The notes under the pieces: model-generated | The model's input: only the letters and a program-made list of their open reading frames with translations | Told to the model about the DNA's origin: nothing | Database searches by the model: none | Made by a program: the position numbers and the translations under genes | Shown here: in pieces, positions 45,145-55,423 of the stretch | How positions within the stretch are numbered: position 1 is the first letter of the stretch | Layout: each line of letters opens with the position of its first letter | From: Candidatus Nomurabacteria bacterium GW2011_GWE2_34_25 | Lineage (GTDB): Bacteria; Patescibacteriota; Minisyncoccia; Phycocordibacterales; UBA9973 | Direction: 5' to 3' | NCBI GenBank assembly: GCA_000990325.1 | Contig: LBPS01000001.1 | Span: forward strand, 1-57,543 | Length of the DNA: 57,543 nucleotides

Positions 45145-45174
45145 TATATTTAATTATTTTAATAATATAAAATA

Positions 45175-45203
45175 CCCAGATAGTGGCCTTGCCACTATCT
45201 GGG
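45175..45203. repeat. Palindrome family C, copy 1 (loop ctt), upstream of HUH gene 3
   Basis: cccagatagtggc ctt gccactatctggg. Confidence 0.9.
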
Positions 45204-45231
45204 GGATACTAAATATAGTATAATAAAAAAC

Positions 45232-45951
45232 ATGAGTACAAGAAGACAACCTTTAATAACAGGGCAGATGTATCATATTTATAACCGTGGGGTAGACAAG
45301 CGGGATATTTTTTCAGATAAAAATGATATTTATCGCTTTTTAGAAAGTATTAAAGAATTTAATAGGGAAGATAAAATAATAAGTCTTGCAAATATTCGTA
45401 AATTTAATCAGATAGAGGCCTTGCCTCTATCTGAGAGAGAAAATAAGAAGCCATTAGTAGAAATTATAGGATATTGTCTTAATCCTAATCATTTTCATTT
45501 TATATTGAGACAAGTTTCAGACAATGGTATTTCAAAATTCATGCATAAGTTACAAGGTGGATATTCTTATTATTTTAATGTAAAAAATACCCGATCAGGT
45601 TCTTTATTTCAGGGTAAATTTAAATCACAAATAATTGTTAATGAAAATTATTTTAATAAATTAATAGGTTATGTTAATAAAAATTATTTAATTCATAATA
45701 TTCCAGAAAATAAAAACCAGTTAGTTTTCTCTGGAGATTTCGAATATGAAAATAAGAAATTTGATATTATATCTAAAAAAGAAGGGGAAAGAATTTTAGA
45801 AATCTTTGGAGGTGTAAATAAGTTTAAAAAACATTGCGATGAAATAGTTTCAATAGTTAGGGAGGAAAGAGGGAAGAAATCCTTGCTTGAAGATGAGGAT
45901 TTGAATGTAATTATAGAAAGTCTTCCAGATAGTGGCAAGGCCACTATCTGA
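45232..45951 (+). CDS. HUH/Y1 transposase-like protein (RAYT / IS200-like), paralog 3
   Basis: LNPNHFHFIL (HUH). YVNKNYLIH lies at the Tyr-motif position. Shares the N-terminal YHIYNRG block with paralogs 1 and 2. Confidence 0.75.
   Translation: MSTRRQPLITGQMYHIYNRGVDKRDIFSDKNDIYRFLESIKEFNREDKIISLANIRKFNQIEALPLSERENKKPLVEIIGYCLNPNHFHFILRQVSDNGISKFMHKLQGGYSYYFNVKNTRSGSLFQGKFKSQIIVNENYFNKLIGYVNKNYLIHNIPENKNQLVFSGDFEYENKKFDIISKKEGERILEIFGGVNKFKKHCDEIVSIVREERGKKSLLEDEDLNVIIESLPDSGKATI
45408..45434. repeat. Palindrome family C, copy 2, inside the coding sequence, with compensatory stem changes
   Basis: tcagatagaggc ctt gcctctatctga. T-to-A in the 5' arm is matched by A-to-T in the 3' arm relative to copies 1 and 3. 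Read in frame as NQIEALPLSE. Confidence 0.85.
45926..45950. repeat. Palindrome family C, copy 3 (loop aag, inverted relative to copy 1), forming the C-terminus and stop of HUH gene 3
   Basis: cagatagtggc aag gccactatctg, followed by a that completes the TGA stop. Confidence 0.9.
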
Positions 45952-46035
45952 GGATTTTGGGAGTTTATGGTGTTTATATTACCTTTTTGACTGTTTTTTT
46001 CTTTCTTTTTTATTTATATTTGCTATAATATACTT

Positions 46036-46662
46036 ATGATTATCACATATTTCGGTAAACAGTTTTTCAAAATCGCACAGGGGGACTTAGTGGTGGCGGT
46101 TAATCCTATTAGTAAAGATTCAAAAGGAGATGTAAAGGGATCTCGCTTCGGTTCAGATATAGCCCTTTGTACGACTAATCATCCAGATTATAATGGTTTT
46201 GACATGGTAATGCATGGTGATAATGTACCATTTGAAGTTAAGGGTCCTGGAGATTATGAGATTAAAGATATTTTCATTAAAGGTATTATGACCGAGTCAA
46301 TTCTCAATGAAAAGAAATATATCAATACAATTTACTCTCTTACCATAGATAATATATCAATATGTTTCTTGGGTTGTATGTCCAATAATAAAATTTCAGC
46401 AGAAATTCGCGGAGATATAGGTAGTCCCGACATTTTATTTGTTCCAATTGGGAATCATGATTTGTTGGATCCTACAGAAGCTTACAAACTTGCTGTCTCT
46501 CTGGAGCCCAAGATTATTATACCTATGGATTATGACGAGAAGACATTGAAAGCTTTCTTAAAAGAAGGAGGTCAAGATAAAGTAGAGCCTGTTGAGAAAC
46601 TTACTCTTAAGGTAAAAGATCTTACTGGTCGCGAAGGTGAGATTATTGTATTATCAAGTTAG
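46036..46662 (+). CDS. Metallo-beta-lactamase-fold hydrolase-like protein
   Basis: 208 aa. MIITYFGKQFF...DIALCTTNHPDYNG layout of the UPF0173/UlaG-like family (weak, from memory). Confidence 0.5.
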   Translation: MIITYFGKQFFKIAQGDLVVAVNPISKDSKGDVKGSRFGSDIALCTTNHPDYNGFDMVMHGDNVPFEVKGPGDYEIKDIFIKGIMTESILNEKKYINTIYSLTIDNISICFLGCMSNNKISAEIRGDIGSPDILFVPIGNHDLLDPTEAYKLAVSLEPKIIIPMDYDEKTLKAFLKEGGQDKVEPVEKLTLKVKDLTGREGEIIVLSS

Positions 46663-46727
46663 TTAAATCAGTTTACGCTGTGCTTTAAAAGACATAAGCA
46701 CGACGTGTGAATTACCAAATTTGAAGC

Positions 46728-47081
46728 TTGGCAATTCTACTGAATCAAAATCACATGCGTACATATATAAAAAATCTACAAAAAAAAGAAGAAGGTAAGC
46801 GCAAGCAAATTTTTGCAGGGGCAATGATTGTTTCCATGTTTTTTGTTGGGGTTATTTGGATTTATGGATTGGGTGTTCGATTCGGAAATCCAGAAGTAAA
46901 GGAAAAAACTCGTGAAGATATAAAACCATTTAAACTTTTCAGTAATTCACTGTCTGATACATATAGTAACGTAAGTGCAAGTGTAGGTAAGGCCTCATCA
47001 AAAGATACAGTTAAAACAGAAACCGAACAAAAAGATGAAAAGCAAATAGATTTAATGCCAATAGAATACTCCAATCAATAA
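46728..47081 (+). CDS. Single-pass membrane protein, hypothetical
   Basis: 117 aa (TTG start; ATG at codon 10 is possible). [25 protein letters not shown]. Abuts gyrA. Confidence 0.5.
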   Translation: MAILLNQNHMRTYIKNLQKKEEGKRKQIFAGAMIVSMFFVGVIWIYGLGVRFGNPEVKEKTREDIKPFKLFSNSLSDTYSNVSASVGKASSKDTVKTETEQKDEKQIDLMPIEYSNQ

Positions 47082-47082
47082 T

Positions 47083-49545
47083 ATGTCAAAAGAAAAAGAA
47101 GAACCAAAAAAAGAAATAACAAAGGAACATATAAATGTTGTTAAAGTTGATATAAGTCGAGAAATGAAGGATTCATTTATTGACTATGCCATGTCAGTTA
47201 TTACTGATCGTGCTCTTCCAGATGTTCGTGATGGATTAAAACCAGTCCATAGAAGAATTTTATATGCAATGAACGAAATGGGACTTACCAGTTCAGCCCG
47301 CTTTCGTAAATCAGCAGCAGTAGTCGGAGATGTGCTCGGGAAATACCATCCACATGGTGATGTTGCGGTTTATGATTCAATGGTTGGAATGGCCCAAGAT
47401 TTCTCTTATCGATATCCACTTATTCATGGACAAGGTAACTTTGGTTCTATAGATGGTGATGGAGCAGCTGCTATGCGTTATACCGAAGCTAAAATGTCAA
47501 AACTATCATCTCTTCTGTTGCTTGATTTAGAAAAAGAGACAGTGGATTTTCATCCGAACTATGATCAGACTCGTAAGGAGCCGACAGTCCTTCCAACTGC
47601 TGTGCCGAGCTTGCTTTTAAACGGAACTTTAGGTATTGCTGTTGGGATGGCGACCAATATTCCACCACACAACTTATCTGAAGTTATTGACGCTACAATT
47701 CATTTGATAGACAACAAAGAGGCAACGACAGAGGATCTCATGCAATTTGTCAAAGGACCTGATTTTCCAACTGGAGGAATCGCTTATAATCAGGCTGATT
47801 TACTACATGCTTATTCTACTGGAAGAGGAGGTGTCGTCACTCGTGGTGAAGCTGAAATAGTTGAACAGAAATCTGGAACATTTCAAATTATAATTACCTC
47901 GATTCCTTATCGTGTAAATAAATCCAACCTCATAGAATCCATTGCTCTCTTGATCCAAGAAAAGAAGCTCGAAGGCATTAAGGGTCTCAGAGACGAATCT
48001 ACGAAAGACATTCGTATTGCTATTGATTTAAAGTCAGGTATTATTCCTGAGAAAGTTTTAAATTATATTTACAAACACACTCAGCTTGAACAATCTTTTA
48101 ACTTCAATGTTGTGGCTCTAGTTGACGGAGTACCTCAGACGCTTTCTCTCAAGAGTCTTCTGCTTGAATTTATTGATCATCGAGTAGTTATTGTCCGTCG
48201 CCGTACAGAGTTTGATCTAAGGAAAGCAAAGGATCGCGAGCATATACTCCTTGGTCTTAAAAAAGCTCTTGATCATATAGATCGAGTTATATCTGTGATA
48301 CGTTCTTCCAAAGATACAGCAACTGCTAAATTAAATTTAATGAAAGAGTTCAAGTTCTCTGATTTACAAGCGATTGCTATTCTTGAGATGAAGCTTCAGA
48401 AGCTTGCTGGTCTTGAACGTAAAAATGTTGAACTTGAATTAAAAGAAAAACAAGAGTTAATCAAAGGGTTAGAAGCTTTACTAGCAAGTCCGAAGAAAAT
48501 GCTAAAAGTGATTGGAGAAGAATTGCTTGAGATAAAAAACAAATATGCAGACGATAGACGCACTCGCATTATCAAGGGTGGTGTCAAGGCTATCAATGAA
48601 GAAGATTTAATCCCCGAGAAAGAGTCAGTTTTGGTTTACACCAAAGGTGGCTATGTTAAACGCACTGATCCCTCTGAATACAAGAATCAGAAGCGTGGAG
48701 GTGTCGGCGTTGTTGATATTGAAACAAAGGAAGAAGATTTTGTGACGATGTTCGTCTCAGCCAACACCCACTCGGATTTACTTTTCTTTACAAATCTAGG
48801 CAAGGCTTACCAGATAAAGATGTATGATATTCCAGAGGGCAAGCGTGCAACCAAAGGCAAATCAATCATGAATTATATGGCACTCGTTGGTGATGAGAAG
48901 GTGACTTCCATATTGCCAATAGACAAAGAAACAAAGAAGACAGTTGAACACTTAATGATGGTTACCAAAATGGGAGTTACCAAGAAAGTCTCAGCTGAAA
49001 GTTTCAAGGATGTGCGTCGAAGTGGATTAATCGCTATCAAACTTGATAAAGAAGACGAGCTTGAAGCAGTTCTTGCTGTTACAAAAGGGGATGATGTCAT
49101 GCTGGCTACGACTCTCGGTCAGTCCATTCGATTCAAAGAAAGCGATGTTCGAGAAATGGGAAGAAATGCAGGTGGAGTCCGTGCTATGAAATTAGGCAAA
49201 GGAGATTTCGTTATCGGCGTAGATCGTATTCCAAAAGGAGAAACGGCTTTGGCTCTGCTCACTCTTTCTTCAAATGGCTTAGGTAAGAAAACAAATATAA
49301 AGGAATACAAAACTCAAAATCGTGGAGGCTCAGGAATCAAAACCGCTAAAGTAACCCCAAAGACCGGTAAGCTTATCGTCGCAAAGATAGTTGGCGAGGA
49401 AAATGAGATCATTGCTGTATCTCAAAAGGGCCAAGTCATTCGTGTTGACTTAAAATCAATTCCAACTTCTGGCCGTCAGACTCAAGGAGTGACGATCATG
49501 AAACTTCATGCCGGAGATAGTATTGCATCTATCGCTTGTTTATAA
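47083..49545 (+). CDS. gyrA: DNA gyrase subunit A
   Basis: 820 aa. [17 protein letters not shown] (catalytic Tyr), C-terminal beta-pinwheel repeats. Confidence 0.97.
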   Translation: MSKEKEEPKKEITKEHINVVKVDISREMKDSFIDYAMSVITDRALPDVRDGLKPVHRRILYAMNEMGLTSSARFRKSAAVVGDVLGKYHPHGDVAVYDSMVGMAQDFSYRYPLIHGQGNFGSIDGDGAAAMRYTEAKMSKLSSLLLLDLEKETVDFHPNYDQTRKEPTVLPTAVPSLLLNGTLGIAVGMATNIPPHNLSEVIDATIHLIDNKEATTEDLMQFVKGPDFPTGGIAYNQADLLHAYSTGRGGVVTRGEAEIVEQKSGTFQIIITSIPYRVNKSNLIESIALLIQEKKLEGIKGLRDESTKDIRIAIDLKSGIIPEKVLNYIYKHTQLEQSFNFNVVALVDGVPQTLSLKSLLLEFIDHRVVIVRRRTEFDLRKAKDREHILLGLKKALDHIDRVISVIRSSKDTATAKLNLMKEFKFSDLQAIAILEMKLQKLAGLERKNVELELKEKQELIKGLEALLASPKKMLKVIGEELLEIKNKYADDRRTRIIKGGVKAINEEDLIPEKESVLVYTKGGYVKRTDPSEYKNQKRGGVGVVDIETKEEDFVTMFVSANTHSDLLFFTNLGKAYQIKMYDIPEGKRATKGKSIMNYMALVGDEKVTSILPIDKETKKTVEHLMMVTKMGVTKKVSAESFKDVRRSGLIAIKLDKEDELEAVLAVTKGDDVMLATTLGQSIRFKESDVREMGRNAGGVRAMKLGKGDFVIGVDRIPKGETALALLTLSSNGLGKKTNIKEYKTQNRGGSGIKTAKVTPKTGKLIVAKIVGEENEIIAVSQKGQVIRVDLKSIPTSGRQTQGVTIMKLHAGDSIASIACL

Positions 49546-49563
49546 ATATGATATAATATAAAT

Positions 49564-50091
49564 ATGTTTTCAAATCCAGAACAAAATGTGGCACAACTAG
49601 GATTAAGAGAAGGTATGCGCGTCGCAGACTTCGGAGCGGGTACAGGTGCTTATTCTTTAGCTGCTAGTAAACATGTCGGACATACTGGACACGTTTATGC
49701 TATTGAAGTTCAAAAGGATCTTGTGAAGAAACTTGAAAGTGAAATCAAGGAATCTATGGTTAAAAATGTTGAATGTATTTGGGGCAATATAGAAAAGATT
49801 CATGGCACCAAAGTTGCTGATCATTCCATGGATGCTGTTATTGTTGCCAATGTTTTATTTCAAGCCGATGACAAGCTGGGCCTACTCGACGAAGTACGTA
49901 GAATTTTAAAGAAAGATGGCAAGGTTCTCCTAGTAGAATGGTTGTCGTCCTTTAGTGGCATGGGGCCGAGCCCTGAACATGTAGTAGAACCTAACATGGC
50001 AACTGATTTATTTACTAAAAGAGGTTTTAGCTTTGTAGAAAAAATTACTACAAATCCTCATCATTATGGTATAATTTTCTCACATGAATAA
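49564..50091 (+). CDS. Class I SAM-dependent methyltransferase
   Basis: Motif I VADFGAGTGAYS. 175 aa. Confidence 0.8.
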   Translation: MFSNPEQNVAQLGLREGMRVADFGAGTGAYSLAASKHVGHTGHVYAIEVQKDLVKKLESEIKESMVKNVECIWGNIEKIHGTKVADHSMDAVIVANVLFQADDKLGLLDEVRRILKKDGKVLLVEWLSSFSGMGPSPEHVVEPNMATDLFTKRGFSFVEKITTNPHHYGIIFSHE

Positions 50092-51403
50092 TTTTCAAAC
50101 AATTCTGGTTGCAATATTTTTAGCCTTCTTTGTTGTTGGAGTTTTAATATTCTCCGGTCTCATTGATCTTGATTCTGGACCAGGACCAGACAATATTTCA
50201 GGTAAGGTTGTTGTATGGGGTACATTTCCAGACTCTTTTGTATCGACAGCTATTGGTATGGTAGATAATAATGATTTAAATATTAATTATGTGAAAAAAA
50301 ATGCCTCAACTTATCAACAAGATTTGATTGAAGCATTTGCAAATGGTAATGGCCCTGATCTCTTTATCATATCGCCAGATATGATAAAAAGGAATGATAA
50401 TTTTGTATACAAAATACCTTATGGAACTCTTCCTAAAGAATCATTTCGTAATTTATATATAGATGGAGCTGATATATATCTAGACAAAGAAGGTATTATA
50501 GGCTTTCCTATTGTTGTTGACCCTATTGTTTTGTATTACAACAAAGATATTCTAGCCAATGAAGGCATAGTCTCTCCTCCTAAGAGTTGGGATGAGTTAT
50601 TTGTACTAAATTCTGCCTTAACAAAAAGAGAATCAGTTGGAAGTGGCGTATTAAAACAGAGCATGATAGCATTGGGCCAATATACCAACGTGAACAATGC
50701 TAAAGACATCATAGCAACTCTACTCCTTCAGAATAGTAACCCAATCGTCAAGAGAGGAGAAGGAGGAGAAGGAAGTGAAGGCTACGTGTCCATGTTGAAT
50801 AGCAATGTTTTGAAATCATCTGTTTCTCCCATAGAGGCAGTCTTGGAATTCTTTATATCATTTTCTAGTCCTTCCGATACCTCTTACTCTTGGAATCGTT
50901 CGTTGCCAAATTCATTGGATATGTTTACTTCTGGGAAGCTCGCTTTTTATCTAGGTTATTCAAGTGAACTATTCAACATAGAATCCATAAATCCAAATTT
51001 GAGTTTTAATGTGACGGAAATTCCACAGATTAAAAATTCAACAACGAAGAGAACTTTTGGTGAGATATATGCCATTGCTGTGAATAAAAAGTCTGGCAAT
51101 CTCACCTCAGCGTTGGGTGTGGCCAATCTATTGAGTGAAGGAGAAGTAGCAAAGGAAGTCAGTATCTCAAGTTCACTGCCACCTGTATCTAGAACTCTCC
51201 TTTCTGATAAACCAACAGATGATAATTATTTGTTTACATTTTTTAATTCAGCCCTCATTTCAAGATCTTGGCTTGATCCTGATAAGGTCAAGACCAAGGA
51301 ACTATTTGGAAGTTTGATAGAGAATATATTATCCAATAAATTGTCGATGGGTGAGGCTATAAATAAAGCACAAGGTCAATTCGAGCTTTTACTTAGAAAA
51401 TAA
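50084..51403 (+). CDS. Membrane-anchored extracellular solute-binding-protein-like protein
   Basis: 439 aa. N-terminal TM. General family-1 SBP layout (weak assignment). Confidence 0.5.
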   Translation: MNNFQTILVAIFLAFFVVGVLIFSGLIDLDSGPGPDNISGKVVVWGTFPDSFVSTAIGMVDNNDLNINYVKKNASTYQQDLIEAFANGNGPDLFIISPDMIKRNDNFVYKIPYGTLPKESFRNLYIDGADIYLDKEGIIGFPIVVDPIVLYYNKDILANEGIVSPPKSWDELFVLNSALTKRESVGSGVLKQSMIALGQYTNVNNAKDIIATLLLQNSNPIVKRGEGGEGSEGYVSMLNSNVLKSSVSPIEAVLEFFISFSSPSDTSYSWNRSLPNSLDMFTSGKLAFYLGYSSELFNIESINPNLSFNVTEIPQIKNSTTKRTFGEIYAIAVNKKSGNLTSALGVANLLSEGEVAKEVSISSSLPPVSRTLLSDKPTDDNYLFTFFNSALISRSWLDPDKVKTKELFGSLIENILSNKLSMGEAINKAQGQFELLLRK

Positions 51404-51405
51404 TT

Positions 51406-51870
51406 ATGTTTAAAAAAATATTTATATTTATATTTGGTTTTATGATAATTTTCTCGCCATCTTTCTTGATGGTAGAATCAGCTGGGTTGGTTCCTAAGTG
51501 CAATACAATAGCTACTCCTGAAACTACCGAAGTTATAAATGGTGTTACTGTTAGTACGCATGCAGGCTTTAAGGATCCTTGTGATTTCAATATGCTAATG
51601 ACTTTGATCAACACAGTTATATCTTTCTTGTTGATAGACTTGGCTACTCCTATATTTGTCCTGATTCTCATATATGTAGCATGGCTTTATCTGAGTGATA
51701 TGGGTAGCTCAGAAAACATTTCTAAAGCCAAGAAGATTTTGAAAAATGCCTTCATAGGGTATATCATAGCCTTGGCCGCATGGCTGATTGTGAAGACTAT
51801 CCTCACAACCCTGGGGTTTGAAGGCGAGACATTCTTGAGTTCATCATTAATATTATCAACAATAATTTAA
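51406..51870 (+). CDS. TrbC/VirB2-like pilin-type small membrane protein, paralog 1 of 5
   Basis: Signal/TM, variable ectodomain, then a two-TM hairpin with charged loop (...YLSDMGSSENISKAKKILKNAFIGYIIALAAWLIV). Confidence 0.55.
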   Translation: MFKKIFIFIFGFMIIFSPSFLMVESAGLVPKCNTIATPETTEVINGVTVSTHAGFKDPCDFNMLMTLINTVISFLLIDLATPIFVLILIYVAWLYLSDMGSSENISKAKKILKNAFIGYIIALAAWLIVKTILTTLGFEGETFLSSSLILSTII

Positions 51871-51874
51871 AAAA

Positions 51875-52348
51875 ATGAAAAAATTTAAAGAAAAAAAATA
51901 CAGCATTTTATTAAAGATTTTAAAATATAGCTTTGTATTTATTTTAGGTTTTACTTTAGTTGCCAATTTTGCTTTTGCTGTTATGTGTCCAGATGGAGTT
52001 GATAGAGTTACTTGTTCAGCTGGTGGCGATGGCACTACTGATGAACAAGCTGGCTTTGATGGTACAAATATTACTACCAAGATAAACAATCCATTGGGTC
52101 CGAAGTTGACCAATATCCCTGCTTTTATACATGCAGTAGTGGAGATAGTTCTTGTGGTGGGTATTCCTATTATTGCTTTAGCTATTATATATACTGGGCT
52201 TCTGTTTGTAATGGCTCAAGGTAACTCTGAAAAGATTACCAAGGCCAAGAAAGCCTTGATGTATGTCCTGATCGGAGCGGCATTATTATTGGGGGCGTTT
52301 GTGATTGCAAATGCCATTCAGTCAACGGTCGATGAAATTAAAAATTGA
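51875..52348 (+). CDS. TrbC/VirB2-like pilin-type small membrane protein, paralog 2
   Basis: Same architecture: ...LFVMAQGNSEKITKAKKALMYVLIGAALLLGAFVI. Confidence 0.55.
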   Translation: MKKFKEKKYSILLKILKYSFVFILGFTLVANFAFAVMCPDGVDRVTCSAGGDGTTDEQAGFDGTNITTKINNPLGPKLTNIPAFIHAVVEIVLVVGIPIIALAIIYTGLLFVMAQGNSEKITKAKKALMYVLIGAALLLGAFVIANAIQSTVDEIKN

Positions 52349-52372
52349 TAATATTATTATTTTAAAAATTAT

Positions 52373-52753
52373 ATGAAAAAAATTGTTTTGTTTGGTAATT
52401 TTATTGGAGGATTGTTGATGTTTTCATTTGTTGGAGCAGAAGATACTACTGTAGCCAGAATTTGTACTGAAAATGATCTTCATACAGTAGGAGGTATTAT
52501 TAATTGGGTAAGTTGTCTTCTTTACAGAGCCGTAATTCCGTTATTGTTTGCTCTAGGGACAGCTGGATTTATATGGGGAGTTATTCAGTTTTATTTGAAT
52601 CCTGACAATGAAGAAAAGAGAAAGAAAGGGAAGAGTTTCATAGTAGGGGGATTGATTGCTTTGTTTCTTATGGTTGCCATGTGGGGGATAGTAAATGTTT
52701 TTACCAATACTTTTGATCTTCCAAATACTATTCCACAGCTTCCAGGACAATAA
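52373..52753 (+). CDS. TrbC/VirB2-like pilin-type small membrane protein, paralog 3
   Basis: FIWGVIQFYLNPDNEEKRKKGKSFIVGGLIALFLMVAMWGIV. Confidence 0.6.
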   Translation: MKKIVLFGNFIGGLLMFSFVGAEDTTVARICTENDLHTVGGIINWVSCLLYRAVIPLLFALGTAGFIWGVIQFYLNPDNEEKRKKGKSFIVGGLIALFLMVAMWGIVNVFTNTFDLPNTIPQLPGQ

Positions 52754-52888
52754 TAAAATGAGTAAAGTATTGTCATTTTTATGACGTTTTGTGATATAAT
52801 TAGAAGTATAAGTTAAGTTGTCTTTTCCACTCTGGTCGGTTGAAGAGACTAAATATTATAAGGATTATTAATTATTAAATTATTAAGT

Positions 52889-53260
52889 ATGAAAAAGATA
52901 ATTGCTTTAGGTTTTGTTTTAGGAGCTACTCCGCTTTTGGCCTTAGCTGCAGATACTGTGACCGCTTTTAGTATTTTGGCTAGGATTGCCCAATTGTTAG
53001 ATTTCGTTATGCCTATATTGATAGCGCTTGCTGTTGTATATTTTATTTGGGGCGTTATACAATACACTGTTTCTACAGATGAAGAAGCCAAGAAGGGTGC
53101 TCGTGGCAAAATCATTCAAGGTCTTATTGGCTTGTTCGTAATCGTTGCTTTCTGGGGAATTATTAGTCTTATTACAACAACATTCGGAGTTGGCCCTGAA
53201 AGATTAAATCCAAATTCTATTCCTTGTATTCCTAATCCATCGATAGGAGTTGTTTGCTAA
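52889..53260 (+). CDS. TrbC/VirB2-like pilin-type small membrane protein, paralog 4
   Basis: FIWGVIQYTVSTDEEAKKGARGKIIQGLIGLFVIVAFWGII. Confidence 0.6.
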   Translation: MKKIIALGFVLGATPLLALAADTVTAFSILARIAQLLDFVMPILIALAVVYFIWGVIQYTVSTDEEAKKGARGKIIQGLIGLFVIVAFWGIISLITTTFGVGPERLNPNSIPCIPNPSIGVVC

Positions 53261-53589
53261 TTACAATATTTATGACAATTATACCAATAGCTGAGGCGAG
53301 TGTCGTTACTCTCATGGGTAAGGTCAATGATGTTATTATTAATCCAATAATAATATTCGTGTTCGTCTTGGCTACGGTGTACTTTCTTTATGGTCTTATA
53401 CAGTATTTAATATCTCCTGACAATGAAGAGATACGTACGAGTAGTAAGTCGCATATGCTTTGGGGTATTGTAGGTATGTTTATTATGATTTCGGTTTTTG
53501 GAATTATGAATATTATACTCAATACTCTAGGGGAAGAAAATATTAAAATAGAATCTGATGGTAGTTATACTGTTGGAGATATTAAATAA
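53254..53589 (+). CDS. TrbC/VirB2-like pilin-type small membrane protein, paralog 5
   Basis: FLYGLIQYLISPDNEEIRTSSKSHMLWGIVGMFIMISVFGIM. The likely true start is ATG at 53272. Confidence 0.55.
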   Translation: MLITIFMTIIPIAEASVVTLMGKVNDVIINPIIIFVFVLATVYFLYGLIQYLISPDNEEIRTSSKSHMLWGIVGMFIMISVFGIMNIILNTLGEENIKIESDGSYTVGDIK

Positions 53590-53610
53590 AATATCAAATA
53601 AGTGAAAATA

Positions 53611-53640
53611 AAAAGCGTCTCCTAAAAAGGGGACGCTTTT
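53611..53640. terminator. Bidirectional terminator after the pilin array
   Basis: aaaagcgtctcc taaaaa ggggacgctttt. Confidence 0.7.
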
Positions 53641-53669
53641 GTTTTATTCAATGTGCAAATTATTTTTAA

Positions 53670-54689
53670 TTATTTCTTTAGTATACCTGCTAGTTCTACT
53701 AGTAGAAGAGATACCTCAGGACTAACGCCATAAGTCTGTTCGGAAATAGACTTAGGTGTTATCTTGAGCGCGACCATAGCAGCCTTTAGTTGTTCATTCT
53801 CATTTGATTTTGGTAAAAGTTGTTTACCTAAGTCAAGGAGTCTTGAACGAATTCTAGTAGCTTCTACGTCTAATCCATCCTGCTCAAGCCTTGTAAACTC
53901 TTTTTTGGCGAGTACTTTGTAGTACTCAGGTTCCAATTCAGTATCGCCTATAGTTACCTCGGCGTGTTCTGGAATTTCAAAAGGATAATGGTTATCTTTG
54001 CAAAATTTATTTATGGCCGTTTTCAATTCACAGCCTAATTTTCTGAGAGTATCTCCCTTATCCTCATCAAGTTGCAAAGGCTCCATTTGACCTATTTTGT
54101 CTAAAAAGAAGAGATTTACAAAAGATAAAATTCGATGTTTTATTGTTTCTTTTCCTCCCTCAATTTCAAACAATTGAGGTATTTGCTCCTCAATAATTTG
54201 AAGCATAATGACCACATTTTTTACTTTGGCCTTTATTCCTCGAGTTGCAGTATGCATTTCTGGAGTTTCTTTAATTTCGATCTCGAGCTCTTGCAAGTCA
54301 ATAGATGTATTTGCAATACCATCGATATTGGCTCTGAATTCTTCGTAAATTGGATCTGCCCAATTAAGACCGGCTTCCACCCGTCCTAAAAGTTGATTGT
54401 TGATTTTCGAGAAAACTCCTGAAACTGTTTTTAGGGCGACAGTCTTAGCTCCTGCACCTACAAAGCCCGAAGATATCAAAAGATAGATCGTTGGCCAAGT
54501 TGGGTCCAACTTTTCTTTTTCCATCGTTACAAAGATTAGAAAAATGAGAGAGAAAACGACCATTGCACTAATTCCTAAAATCAATGATGTTTTTAATTCA
54601 TAAGATATTTCAGGAATCAGGACTTTCAGTAATGATATTGCTATTATAAAGACCAGCAATATCGCGGTATTTAGAAGAAAACTTTCCAT
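53670..54689 (-). CDS. Membrane protein with C-terminal soluble helical domain, hypothetical
   Basis: 339 aa. About three or four N-terminal TM helices. No motif recognised. Confidence 0.6.
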   Translation of the reverse strand: MESFLLNTAILLVFIIAISLLKVLIPEISYELKTSLILGISAMVVFSLIFLIFVTMEKEKLDPTWPTIYLLISSGFVGAGAKTVALKTVSGVFSKINNQLLGRVEAGLNWADPIYEEFRANIDGIANTSIDLQELEIEIKETPEMHTATRGIKAKVKNVVIMLQIIEEQIPQLFEIEGGKETIKHRILSFVNLFFLDKIGQMEPLQLDEDKGDTLRKLGCELKTAINKFCKDNHYPFEIPEHAEVTIGDTELEPEYYKVLAKKEFTRLEQDGLDVEATRIRSRLLDLGKQLLPKSNENEQLKAAMVALKITPKSISEQTYGVSPEVSLLLVELAGILKK

Positions 54690-54699
54690 GGTTCTTTTT

Positions 54700-55197
54700 T
54701 TAGAAGTTTATATCACAATTATTCTTACTTACACAACGGCCAACCTTTACAGTCACCGTTTTTTTAGATTCATTTAGGAAAGCCACATTCATATTAGTCC
54801 CCTTAAGAGTGTCGGGACCTTTTATAAATTTGCTTCCTAATAGAACTCTCTTTCCGTTCGACGAATCGAACATTACCACTTGACTACTTGACCACATGGG
54901 GCACCAGTCGTTGGTAAGTTCAACTTGAGCTTTCTCATTGGGGGCCAGATCAAATTCCAAAATTTTTCCATATCCGATAATGGACATATCATACGATACG
55001 GAGTATGAATTTGAATTTTTTTCTGACGAATTACTGTCAGAAGATGAGTTTTCAGAATTGAGCCATGCGATTGTCATGGCGAGGAAAGAAACAACAAACA
55101 GGAAGATGATTATAAGTATCACCGCCTGTTTTGAACCTTTGACGTTGGGAGTAACTGCTCCTGGAGCAGGTGTTCCCGTTGGGGCTGGATTTGACAT
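54700..55197 (-). CDS. Membrane-anchored secreted protein, hypothetical
   Basis: 165 aa. P/T/G-rich N-terminus, TM AVILIIIFLFVVSFLAMTIAWL, Ser-rich linker. Confidence 0.55.
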   Translation of the reverse strand: MSNPAPTGTPAPGAVTPNVKGSKQAVILIIIFLFVVSFLAMTIAWLNSENSSSDSNSSEKNSNSYSVSYDMSIIGYGKILEFDLAPNEKAQVELTNDWCPMWSSSQVVMFDSSNGKRVLLGSKFIKGPDTLKGTNMNVAFLNESKKTVTVKVGRCVSKNNCDINF

Positions 55198-55423
55198 AGT
55201 TTTTGATATTTATATTTAAATTAATTAATTTGTTTATTTTAATATCTAAATGAAAATGGAGGGGGATAGGTATCAAAATAAACAAATTAATTAACAATAT
55301 TTTTTGTCAAAAAACTTAAATTTTTCCCTTATATTATATCATTTAAAGATACAAAAGTCAAGTAGTCATATTGACTAAGTAGTATAAATATGTCATCTAA
55401 AATATAAGGAATTAGAATTATTA

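Noticed and set aside
51393-53115. Minus-strand ORFs across the pilin array (51393, 51856, 52553, 52591, 52849)
   Set aside because: They are antisense to five paralogous + strand genes that share a conserved motif. No support.
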